A stretch of DNA of 64,000 nt from an uncultured virus (IMG/VR IMGVR_UViG_3300030329_003290). Lineage: Duplodnaviria > Heunggongvirae > Uroviricota > Caudoviricetes. The notes below the pieces were generated by a model. The model was given only the letters and a program-made list of their open reading frames with translations, searched no databases and was not told the DNA's origin. Every line of letters starts with the position of its first letter. The first letter of the stretch is position 1. Where the stretch lies: the IMG/VR virus record IMGVR_UViG_3300030329_003290. One strand, given 5' to 3'. Below are positions 1-8,440 of the stretch, piece after piece. Made by a program: the position numbers and the translations under genes.

Positions 1-479
1 TATGTTGGTGCTAACTGAAAATCACCACAACCTTGGTATATCCAATTAGTAGCTTGATAGATAGCACCATCATGCGATTGTTCGGGATCTGCGTATGATA
101 TTAGAACCTTTATATTTGGAGCATGCTTTTTCATCCATTTGAATGATAATGATAATGCCAAAGACTCAATATTTTTTCCATAACCATCGTGTATAAATAG
201 TCTTGTCAATTCTAAAACATTCTTATTTTCTATAATTTCCTCTTTGAAAATGGAGCCTACAACTCTTCTTCCAACTGGAAACCCATAACAAGCAACTCCA
301 ACCAATTTTTCATTCTTATCAAAAAATTGATGTTGACTGTCTTCATCGTAAAATATTCCTAATGGATATCTACACGAAGACAGTCTACCACTATAGTGAT
401 TTTTTTCAATAATATCTCTAGCCAATCTCTTATCTATTGGTCTAAGAGATACTTTTGATTTATCTACAAATGCTTCCAT
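1..479 (-). CDS. Mom-family (GNAT-fold) adenine modification protein, C-terminus beyond window edge
   Basis: Not in ORF track. ATG at 479 overlaps the clamp stop (TAATG). Manual translation MEAFVDKSKVSLRPIDKRLARDIIEKNHYSG...VLELTRLFIHDGYGKNIESLALS...VLISYADPEQSHDGAIYQATNWIYQG shows the HY / LELTRL / ES / SYADP / G.IYQATNW.Y.G motifs of Mu Mom-like proteins. Confidence 0.8.
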   Translation of the reverse strand, partial: MEAFVDKSKVSLRPIDKRLARDIIEKNHYSGRLSSCRYPLGIFYDEDSQHQFFDKNEKLVGVACYGFPVGRRVVGSIFKEEIIENKNVLELTRLFIHDGYGKNIESLALSLSFKWMKKHAPNIKVLISYADPEQSHDGAIYQATNWIYQGCGDFQLAPT

Positions 480-1195
480 TAATCATTCGAATCAGCCACT
501 AAGTAATACAAAGCATCATAATCATCTACTTTGAATTGAATTCTAGCAAGACCCTTTGACGAAATCTCAAGAGTTGCACTCTCACATTCCTTATTTGCAG
601 TAAGCACATCTTTTAGTAAATTAGCACTAAAAGACACATTTTCTATTTTAGATAACTCTTCAGTTTCAACTGGAATAGTGACCCTATTTGTGTTTATTTC
701 AGCATAACCAATTACAACCTTACATTCGTCATCTGTAGAGAGGACAGTAAAGTTACCTGCATCTGGCAAAGCTGATACACCTGATACGAATTTATTCATA
801 AAAGATTTATCTACTTTTATTTTTATTTCAAAATCAGGAACACTTTTCATATTAGGTGCTTTACTAATAACAGATAAATCTGATAGCATATAATTTACAC
901 TGGATGTGCTGTCTGATAAAGTAAGTGCAATTGCTTTATCATCACTTCCCAATAAATCCATACTAATATTATCTGATAAAACAGAAAGTAACTTTACTAA
1001 CTGTTCGGTATTATAAACACCCATTTCCACATTATCAAAAGAAAAATTCTTCATAGACAACTCACCCAATAGGTTTTTGTCACCAGTTATGAATCTAGTA
1101 GAAAGTTTGCTACCGTCACTTACCCAAGAGACGGAAGAACAATTTCCATTTAGATAGTATTTTTCGATGAATCGTGTAATAGAGATTTTATTCAT
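479..1195 (-). CDS. DNA polymerase sliding clamp (T4 gp45-like)
   Basis: 238 aa, directly downstream of PolB; GVYNTEQLVKLL and C-terminal ISSKGLARIQF...YYLVA resemble gp45 clamps. Confidence 0.75.
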   Translation of the reverse strand: MNKISITRFIEKYYLNGNCSSVSWVSDGSKLSTRFITGDKNLLGELSMKNFSFDNVEMGVYNTEQLVKLLSVLSDNISMDLLGSDDKAIALTLSDSTSSVNYMLSDLSVISKAPNMKSVPDFEIKIKVDKSFMNKFVSGVSALPDAGNFTVLSTDDECKVVIGYAEINTNRVTIPVETEELSKIENVSFSANLLKDVLTANKECESATLEISSKGLARIQFKVDDYDALYYLVADSND

Positions 1196-1257
1196 TTATT
1201 ACTCCTTATTATTTAATAGATATATACATATATACATATCAATGTTATTTCTCAAAA

Positions 1258-3756
1258 TCAAAAAAATCTTTCAAGAGATGTCTTTTTATTTACTGGAACA
1301 TCCCATTTTAATGTATCATAAAACATCATAATTTTCTTTTCAAGCATTTGTGCATACATTTTTTTATGGTCTAGGTAAGTCTTTATAAATTCAATAATTT
1401 GTGGTGGGTCTTCATAACCTTTATAACCACAAGACTCCATAGCTAACTCATTCTGTTTTAGATAAACCCACTTTATCTTTTGTGCTTCACTTATCTTTTC
1501 ATATTGTTTAACTAAGCCAAAATGCGCTAATAAATCATTGTAGTTTATAGCAGCCTTTACATGCGCTGGTGAACCTTTAGCAAACTGAGTAAAGTGTCCA
1601 TTCTTACCAGCAGAATATTTCTTTAGATTTTTCACACCAGTTGGCATTGCTATTCTATCGAAGTCCACCAACTTCATAGAATCTTTGAAATTTACTATTC
1701 TCTCATCTATCTTTTCTTTTGGTACATTTGCCAGAATGTCTTCCAATACACTTTTTAGTAATTCACCCATAGCCTTTGGAAAGTTACTACGAACTAAGTC
1801 CAAACCTTTTACATGCAGTTTGTTTACCTTTACCCCATTATCATTGATAATCTTCATACCATATCGTTTCTTTACAATAAACAAACCACTCTTAGCAATC
1901 AATTCCTGCTTTATCTCAAACCTATGTTTGTCTAGGTTTAGAAACTTCTTACCAAAATAATCATAAGACTTATTTAAATATGTCTGTAACTCATCAGCAA
2001 CATCTAAGATTCTTTTACTCATCATAGTTTCGCTATCATAGTCCATATTAGGAAATCTTTTCTTTACCAATGGAAGAGCTGAATAAAATACTGAATCTGT
2101 ATCAATGTATATACAATAATCTTTGTCATCTCCCAACTCTTTGTTATAGAAAAAATTACCAATCTTTTTCGTAAATTTAATCAACTCCTGACCTGTAAGT
2201 GTAGTAGCTTCCGCATTATCTATATCATAAAACCTAAATACTGGCAAACCTAACACACCATACAAAGAGTTTAGAACAACCTTTTGAATCAACTGACGAC
2301 TTTTAAAATAAACATATTTATCTTCATCACCAGCATCACCAAATTTCTTCATCAACTTTCTGTACTCCACACGAGTATCAAACCACTTTTCCAATAGAGC
2401 TGGAATCAAACCTTTTTTATCACTACGATATAATACACCATTAGAAGATACTGAAACTTCGTTTTTATCAAAGAAATCTTTTAGTTCTGTTTCAGTAAGT
2501 TTACCCATCTCTTTTTTACCTGACATAATGGTATATGTTTTCTTATCCCCTCTCATAAATTCTTCAATATCCCATCCAGTCAACTTACCAATTTTTGTCT
2601 CTGGTGATATATTAAGAGACATAATAACCGATGGATACATAGAAGTAATATCCAAATCAAATACCCAATCGTGTTTACCTCTTTGTGGTGGTTGGACATA
2701 AGCACCAGCAAATTTGTCCCCATCATCCATCTTTTCAGGTCTTGGTGGCTTGTTAGGAGCAATCACTCCCAGCTTTTTTAGATAAACTAAAATAGCACCC
2801 TCTAAATATCGTGATGAAAAATATACATCCTCATATGGAACATGACCTAGATGACATACACCACGAGCCATATCAATAAAATCTAATTTATCATTCAATC
2901 TTTTTACAAGTCGAACATCATGTATGTTATATTCCACAAATTTATCTATGTTGTGTTCATACAAATCATTCAATGTTCCACTATACTCTATCTTATTTTC
3001 ACTCAATTCAAGTTCAGCAACAGCATCCAATCTATAAGATGATAGCTGAGTATATGTAAACAATCTATATAAAGCATAGTAATCTAAACAACTGACACCA
3101 GCAAACATATACCTCTTTCTATGTTTATTCCAATCAACAATTTTTATAGGTGAAAGTAAGTCTGCAGCACTCTTCCCAACGACAACCATAATCCTATTAT
3201 AAAGATATGGCATATCGAATGTGTCGATATTCCAACCTGTAATAATGGTTGGTTCAGTTTCCAAATATACCTCAAAAAATCTTTTGTACATATCTGACTC
3301 ATTATCAAATCTCTCTATGATAACATTATCTTTTGACTTCAGCCTTAATTTATTTTTTTCATCCAATACAAATGCGTAGTATGTATCATTTGATGACATA
3401 TGTACTGCTATTGATGTAATTTTATTAGTAGCTTTACGATAGTCTGGAAACCCATCCGTAACTTCTACCTCAATATCAATTGTCATTATCTTATGATTTT
3501 TAGAAATATCATCACTGTCTGTATATTTATCTACTAACACACGAGTTTCAACTGGCACATCCGATTCAAATAAATTTGATGTGTTGTGATCAAATTTGTA
3601 AACCTTTTTTAGTTTATCCCCATACAAAGATATATGAGTTCCAGCTCTGTCTTTTACATAAGCATATTTTTTATAGGGTATATTATAATATCCAAGTTCA
3701 TCATCCCATATATGAACTTTTCTTTTTTTATTTTCGTAATATAAATTTTGGTACAT
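1258..3756 (-). CDS. Family B DNA polymerase (T4 gp43-like)
   Basis: Exonuclease motifs DIEV, GWNIDTFDMPY, YNIHDV; polymerase motifs DITSMYPS, KVVLNSLYG, YIDTDS, KKRY; C-terminal clamp-binding-like SLERFF. Confidence 0.97.
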   Translation of the reverse strand: MYQNLYYENKKRKVHIWDDELGYYNIPYKKYAYVKDRAGTHISLYGDKLKKVYKFDHNTSNLFESDVPVETRVLVDKYTDSDDISKNHKIMTIDIEVEVTDGFPDYRKATNKITSIAVHMSSNDTYYAFVLDEKNKLRLKSKDNVIIERFDNESDMYKRFFEVYLETEPTIITGWNIDTFDMPYLYNRIMVVVGKSAADLLSPIKIVDWNKHRKRYMFAGVSCLDYYALYRLFTYTQLSSYRLDAVAELELSENKIEYSGTLNDLYEHNIDKFVEYNIHDVRLVKRLNDKLDFIDMARGVCHLGHVPYEDVYFSSRYLEGAILVYLKKLGVIAPNKPPRPEKMDDGDKFAGAYVQPPQRGKHDWVFDLDITSMYPSVIMSLNISPETKIGKLTGWDIEEFMRGDKKTYTIMSGKKEMGKLTETELKDFFDKNEVSVSSNGVLYRSDKKGLIPALLEKWFDTRVEYRKLMKKFGDAGDEDKYVYFKSRQLIQKVVLNSLYGVLGLPVFRFYDIDNAEATTLTGQELIKFTKKIGNFFYNKELGDDKDYCIYIDTDSVFYSALPLVKKRFPNMDYDSETMMSKRILDVADELQTYLNKSYDYFGKKFLNLDKHRFEIKQELIAKSGLFIVKKRYGMKIINDNGVKVNKLHVKGLDLVRSNFPKAMGELLKSVLEDILANVPKEKIDERIVNFKDSMKLVDFDRIAMPTGVKNLKKYSAGKNGHFTQFAKGSPAHVKAAINYNDLLAHFGLVKQYEKISEAQKIKWVYLKQNELAMESCGYKGYEDPPQIIEFIKTYLDHKKMYAQMLEKKIMMFYDTLKWDVPVNKKTSLERFF

Positions 3757-3788
3757 TTAGGTTATAGAATCCCCATTATCAACATATA

Positions 3789-3817
3789 AAGCTACAAAGA
3801 ATTTTGCTAAAAGTCAA
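3789..3817 (-). promoter_or_regulatory. Sigma70-type promoter upstream of the DNA polymerase gene
   Basis: Minus strand reads TTGACT-N17-TAGCTT, preceded by an A-tract, about 30 nt before the polB ATG. Confidence 0.55.
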
Positions 3818-3826
3818 GTGTTTTTT

Positions 3827-4327
3827 TCAATCCATTAAGAATATTTCTTGTGAATCTATCAATGTATTTTCAATACTCCAGTATAACATCATATAACTAC
3901 CTAAGCCTTTACCCTGCATCACTTTCGTTGGTGTCAATGTATTATAAAAATATCCTGCACTATCGGCTATAGAATATACATCTGTTGTCCATCTTAGTGT
4001 ATCCACATTTACATCCACTGTATCTCTATTACCGAAATTATCATACCATATAGCTTTGTTTCTACGATTAGGTAATAATTTATAATGTCCACTTGAATCA
4101 TTTTCATCCCAATACATATTACTCCACCAGTGAACAACCATTCTTTCTACAGGTAATTCTTCTGACTCTAAGTGTCCCCATATCGGCGCTGGTGTAATCC
4201 ATAGGTTATCTAATATTTCAATTCTTGGTACTCGTAACATAGTTACGATAACATTTGCTTCCCTTTCTTCTTCTACTTTGTCATCACATCCTAACAATAA
4301 TAATAGTATAAGTAATCTTTTTATCAT
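3827..4327 (-). CDS. Putative lipoprotein
   Basis: N-terminus MIKRLLILLLLLGC has a basic/hydrophobic signal and a lipobox Cys. Confidence 0.65.
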   Translation of the reverse strand: MIKRLLILLLLLGCDDKVEEEREANVIVTMLRVPRIEILDNLWITPAPIWGHLESEELPVERMVVHWWSNMYWDENDSSGHYKLLPNRRNKAIWYDNFGNRDTVDVNVDTLRWTTDVYSIADSAGYFYNTLTPTKVMQGKGLGSYMMLYWSIENTLIDSQEIFLMD

Positions 4328-4575
4328 GAGCTCATATAAGATATTATTTTTTCTATTTCGTGTTCATTACCATCAGTATCTTTAAATGTCGTTGGTAACT
4401 CTTCATAATTATATTTTGGAAACTTTCCGTGCGCTGTCATACTACCCTTTTCTCTATATGGTGGGCACTCACTTAAATCACACTCATCCCATTGTACTTT
4501 TCCATTTACGCCTTCTATCTCCATTATGGGTTTTGAATCATTGAATAAGTGTCTTTGTGCTAATGTAATTTTCAT
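4324..4575 (-). CDS. Hypothetical protein
   Basis: 83-aa ORF, translationally coupled (ATGA overlap) to the lipoprotein gene. Confidence 0.6.
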   Translation of the reverse strand: MKITLAQRHLFNDSKPIMEIEGVNGKVQWDECDLSECPPYREKGSMTAHGKFPKYNYEELPTTFKDTDGNEHEIEKIISYMSS

Positions 4576-4590
4576 TATAAACCTTTTGAT

Positions 4591-4617
4591 AAAAATGGGG
4601 GGAAATTAATCCCCCCA
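4591..4617 (-). terminator. Rho-independent terminator after the TonB-dependent receptor gene
   Basis: Minus strand TGGGGGGA-TTAATT-TCCCCCCA followed by TTTTT. Confidence 0.75.
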
Positions 4618-4628
4618 AATTTTACCTT

Positions 4629-7361
4629 TTAGAAATTAACAGTAAGTCCTAAGTTGAAATGTCTTGGTGAGCCCAAGAATACTTCAGCGTTATGAGCTGC
4701 GTGAACTTTGTCACCATACCCATTGTATTTACTGTTATCCGTTGCATCTTGGATGTAAACATCATCAAGAGCATTGAATAAATGACCTGTTAGAGTCATA
4801 TCAAGACCAGCAACTTCTGGCAATTTGTAAGCCAAGTGCAAGTCTAATTTACCATACGATGGAGTTTTCCATACTTGAGCTCTGTCAGCACCATCTTCAT
4901 CAACTTCACGAGCATCTGGACTCCAATCAGCATAGTGGTTATCGTACCATCTGTAAAGACCTTGTACACTCAATCCATCAATTGGTTTCAATGTAAGACC
5001 ACCAACATAAGCAGTTTGTGGCATATCACCAACTTTGAGTTCATTTAGAGCGTATTCATACTCAGTAGATGTTTGTCCAATGATTTGGTTATCATCATTA
5101 TATTCCATCTCTGTGTAATCACCTTTAGCATCTCCATCAAAATACCAATTACCAATACTAACTGCTACATCTAAATCAACCATTTCGTGTAAAGCAACTT
5201 TAGACTCTACTTCGAAACCACTGTGATTTTGATTTACACCAGTTAGGTAAATGATGTCTGTGTCACCTGAATCTCCTTGACCTGTGGTTACGGATTTGGT
5301 AAGGTTTCTATCTTTCCATTGGGTGTTATAAAAACTACCCTTGATAGCAACTAACTCACTTCCATACTCACCACCTACTTCAAAAGATGTGAATTTCTCA
5401 TTGTCTGGATTCTGCGAAACATTTCCATCATAATCAATCACATTATCTAAGATTGGTGGTTTTTGAACATATCCAACATTAGCAAATGCTGACATTCTAT
5501 CATCAAGATTGAATCTACCACCACCCTTTACTTGAAAGGTTGTGATGGATGGAGCTTCAACTACATCAGCATCAACAGCAAAATGGTCGTGATAAGTATA
5601 TCCAATTGTAGATATACCACCCATACCATAAAGGTTGATTTTTTCAGTATCATATTTACCCTGTAAGAATGTACCGAACCAATCTACTGTGGTTTCGTTG
5701 TGATAAGCAATAATATCACCTAACCCAACTTTCTTACCATCAGGTGCGTTATCATCAGCAAAGTCTACATAGTAGTCTCCACCAAGTAAATCACGAACCT
5801 CACGAGCGTGTTCAATACCAGCAGTTCTCCAATCAAGACCAATCTGAACTTCAAGTTCATCTGAAACATCATAGTTCAATTTAGAAATCAATCCATAGGT
5901 ATTTTGTCTGTTAATTGAATTACGAAGTATGCCAGTTGACCTATTCTCACTATCTGACCAAGCTGAATCGATGTTTGCTGAGTTCTCAGCAATCTCACCG
6001 TTCCAATCCCACGTCCAAGGTGAACTTGCCCACCAGGAATTTCCTTCAATAGCAGGTAGTCGTTTGACACTCCCATAGGTGCCTGTACCACCTCCTGAAC
6101 CACCAGACCAGTATAATACTGAACTTAGTCTCATATCCTCATTCATATCATAGAAATGATTTAAATTGACAAGTGGTTTATGAAAGAAGTTTTCTCTTTC
6201 ATTCAACATATTGGCATTGTACCTATCGGTTGTTCTCGCACCATACATATACCAATATTGTTGGCCTTTATATGATGGGTCAACAGGTGCCCAATTTTGG
6301 TTGAAGTACCTACCAGCTTCATGTTCAAACTTATTACCAGCGACATAAGCTGAATCATCATATCCATCGATACTTCCAGCTAATTCTTGTGAATAAGTTG
6401 CTATGTTCTGTTTATATAGGTTCTGTCCATGTCTTTGTGGAGCACCAATTGCATATAACTCAAATCGATGTTCATCGTTCATCTGATAGGAACTACCAAG
6501 ATAGTATGCCCATGCATCTGTCCAAGCACCATCAATAAATCCATCACCAGTCTTTCGAACTACTGTTCCACTAACTGCTAATTTATCATTGATTAGACCT
6601 GAGTTATAGTTGATGGTAGACTTTAGAAATCCACCCTCACCAACTTCCTGCTTTACTTTACCACCTTTTTCGTGACCAGCAGGGTCGGTAATTATGTTCA
6701 TTGTTCCACCAATCGATGGTGTAGCAAGATTCACGGCTGATAGACCTCTTTGCATCTGAATGGAATTGGAAGCATCAGCTACCCCATCCCAATTAGACCA
6801 ATAGACCCATCCGTTCTCCATATCATTCTGGGGAACTCCGTTTATCATTACTGCAACATTCCTTTGGTTGAAACCACGAACATTGATACGGGCATCACCC
6901 GCACCACCACCTTGTTGAGTAGCATATACACTTGGTGTCATATTCATAGCCATCGGTAAGTCTTGTGAACCAAGACGAACTTCCATTTCAGCTTTACCCA
7001 CCGTAGTATAAGCAACAGGTGTTGTTTCATCAGCCCTAGAAGCCAAGACTTCAAGTGCTGTTAGAGCAACCACATCAGTTTCTAAATCAAAACTGACGCT
7101 TCCAACTATGTCCCCAACAACAACTGATTGTGTTTGGGCTACATAACCGATGTATGAAGCAGTAACATCAAAAGTACCTGTACCCGTCTCAATGACGAAC
7201 TTACCCTCAGCGTCTGTTACGCCACCAAGTTCAGTACCCTCTACTGTCACATTTGCTCCAACAAGTGGCTCTTCTCCGTTGCCAACAAAACCAGTTACGG
7301 CTTGTCCAAAGACAATACCTACTGACATCATCAGTACAGAGAATAGATTACGATATTTCAT
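4629..7361 (-). CDS. TonB-dependent outer-membrane receptor (N-terminal carboxypeptidase-regulatory-like domain, plug, beta-barrel)
   Basis: Signal peptide MKYRNLFSVLMMSVGIVFGQA, with AAGGAG SD favouring the ATG at 7361. EPLVGANVTVEGT...TDAEGKF N-domain; plug RINVRGF...VMINGVP; C-terminal PRHFNLGLTVNF ending in Phe. Confidence 0.92.
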   Translation of the reverse strand: MKYRNLFSVLMMSVGIVFGQAVTGFVGNGEEPLVGANVTVEGTELGGVTDAEGKFVIETGTGTFDVTASYIGYVAQTQSVVVGDIVGSVSFDLETDVVALTALEVLASRADETTPVAYTTVGKAEMEVRLGSQDLPMAMNMTPSVYATQQGGGAGDARINVRGFNQRNVAVMINGVPQNDMENGWVYWSNWDGVADASNSIQMQRGLSAVNLATPSIGGTMNIITDPAGHEKGGKVKQEVGEGGFLKSTINYNSGLINDKLAVSGTVVRKTGDGFIDGAWTDAWAYYLGSSYQMNDEHRFELYAIGAPQRHGQNLYKQNIATYSQELAGSIDGYDDSAYVAGNKFEHEAGRYFNQNWAPVDPSYKGQQYWYMYGARTTDRYNANMLNERENFFHKPLVNLNHFYDMNEDMRLSSVLYWSGGSGGGTGTYGSVKRLPAIEGNSWWASSPWTWDWNGEIAENSANIDSAWSDSENRSTGILRNSINRQNTYGLISKLNYDVSDELEVQIGLDWRTAGIEHAREVRDLLGGDYYVDFADDNAPDGKKVGLGDIIAYHNETTVDWFGTFLQGKYDTEKINLYGMGGISTIGYTYHDHFAVDADVVEAPSITTFQVKGGGRFNLDDRMSAFANVGYVQKPPILDNVIDYDGNVSQNPDNEKFTSFEVGGEYGSELVAIKGSFYNTQWKDRNLTKSVTTGQGDSGDTDIIYLTGVNQNHSGFEVESKVALHEMVDLDVAVSIGNWYFDGDAKGDYTEMEYNDDNQIIGQTSTEYEYALNELKVGDMPQTAYVGGLTLKPIDGLSVQGLYRWYDNHYADWSPDAREVDEDGADRAQVWKTPSYGKLDLHLAYKLPEVAGLDMTLTGHLFNALDDVYIQDATDNSKYNGYGDKVHAAHNAEVFLGSPRHFNLGLTVNF

Positions 7362-7391
7362 AGTAATCTCCTTTGTTATCATTAATGAAAA

Positions 7392-7425
7392 GACACATTT
7401 TTCTACAGGTGTGTCGTCTGCCTGT
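7392..7425 (-). promoter_or_regulatory. Predicted H-type RNA pseudoknot in the GS-TBDR intergenic leader
   Basis: mRNA ACAGG-CAGAC-GACACA-CCUGU-AGAAAAA-UGUGUC has two interleaved perfect stems (ACAGG/CCUGU and GACACA/UGUGUC). Confidence 0.45.
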
Positions 7426-7436
7426 CCGCATATTTT

Positions 7437-8423
7437 TTACTGACATATTGTTTCTACTAACTTCTGTGCAACCACATAAGGATTACAATTAGAAGATGGT
7501 CTTCTATCTTCTAAATAACCTTTGTTCTCTTTAGCAACTTGCCAAGGAATACGAATTGACGCTCCTCTATCTGAAACTCCCCATCGGAAAGTATTTATAT
7601 CACAAGTTTCGTGTAATCCTGTAAGTCTTTGGTCGTTATCTACACCATAAGCATCAATATGCTGTTGATGTTTTTTTTCCAACTTTTCCATAACTGGATA
7701 AATAAAATTTTCATATCCACCATCCTCTCTCATCTCCTTTGTAGAGAAATTGGTATGGCATCCCGCACCATTCCAATCACCAGCGATTGGTTTTGGATGT
7801 AGTGATGCTGTCAAATTGTAACTCTCACAAATTCTTTCTAATAACCAGCGAGCAACCCACAAGTCATCACTCATATGAATTGAACCACCAGCTCCAATCT
7901 GATATTCCCATTGTCCTAACATAACTTCAGCGTTAGTTCCACAAATACTAATACCAGCTTCAATACAAGCATTCATATGTTCTCTTGAAACATTTTCTCC
8001 AATGTTTCTACCACAATAATAATCTCCTTGTGGTGGCGGTTCTCCTATATCTGGCCAACCATATGGTTTAGATGTATCTAAATCATACAAAGTATATTCT
8101 TGTTCAAAACCTACCCACTCATCGATATCATCGGTTATAGTCTCTTCCAATAGTCTTCTTGTATTTGATTCGTGTGGTGTATCATCAACATTCCAAACCT
8201 CACATAATACTATTGAACTATTTGTTTCTAAAGGATTAGGGTAAACTCGTACAGGTTTCAAAACACAATCAGAACTATTACCATCAGCCTGTTCTGTTGA
8301 ACTTCCATCAAAACCCCAAATTGGTGCTTCTTCTTTTTTACCAAACTCTTTTACCACTTTCGTTTTATGTCTTATTTGTGTTGGTGTACAACCATCCAAC
8401 CATAAGTATTCTAATTTATGCAT
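7437..8423 (-). CDS. glnII: Glutamine synthetase type II
   Basis: 328 aa; LEYLWLDG, WGFDGSSTEQA, GFEQEY, NAEVMLGQWEYQIG, HPKPIAGDWNGAGCHTNFST, RLTGLHET, RGASIRIP, GYLEDRRPSSN. Confidence 0.95.
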   Translation of the reverse strand: MHKLEYLWLDGCTPTQIRHKTKVVKEFGKKEEAPIWGFDGSSTEQADGNSSDCVLKPVRVYPNPLETNSSIVLCEVWNVDDTPHESNTRRLLEETITDDIDEWVGFEQEYTLYDLDTSKPYGWPDIGEPPPQGDYYCGRNIGENVSREHMNACIEAGISICGTNAEVMLGQWEYQIGAGGSIHMSDDLWVARWLLERICESYNLTASLHPKPIAGDWNGAGCHTNFSTKEMREDGGYENFIYPVMEKLEKKHQQHIDAYGVDNDQRLTGLHETCDINTFRWGVSDRGASIRIPWQVAKENKGYLEDRRPSSNCNPYVVAQKLVETICQ

Positions 8424-8440
8424 AACCTTTCTCCTTACAC

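Noticed and set aside
7362..7436. Cobalamin riboswitch upstream of the TBDR
   Set aside because: The leader is only about 75 nt and lacks B12-box/GGGAA consensus elements.
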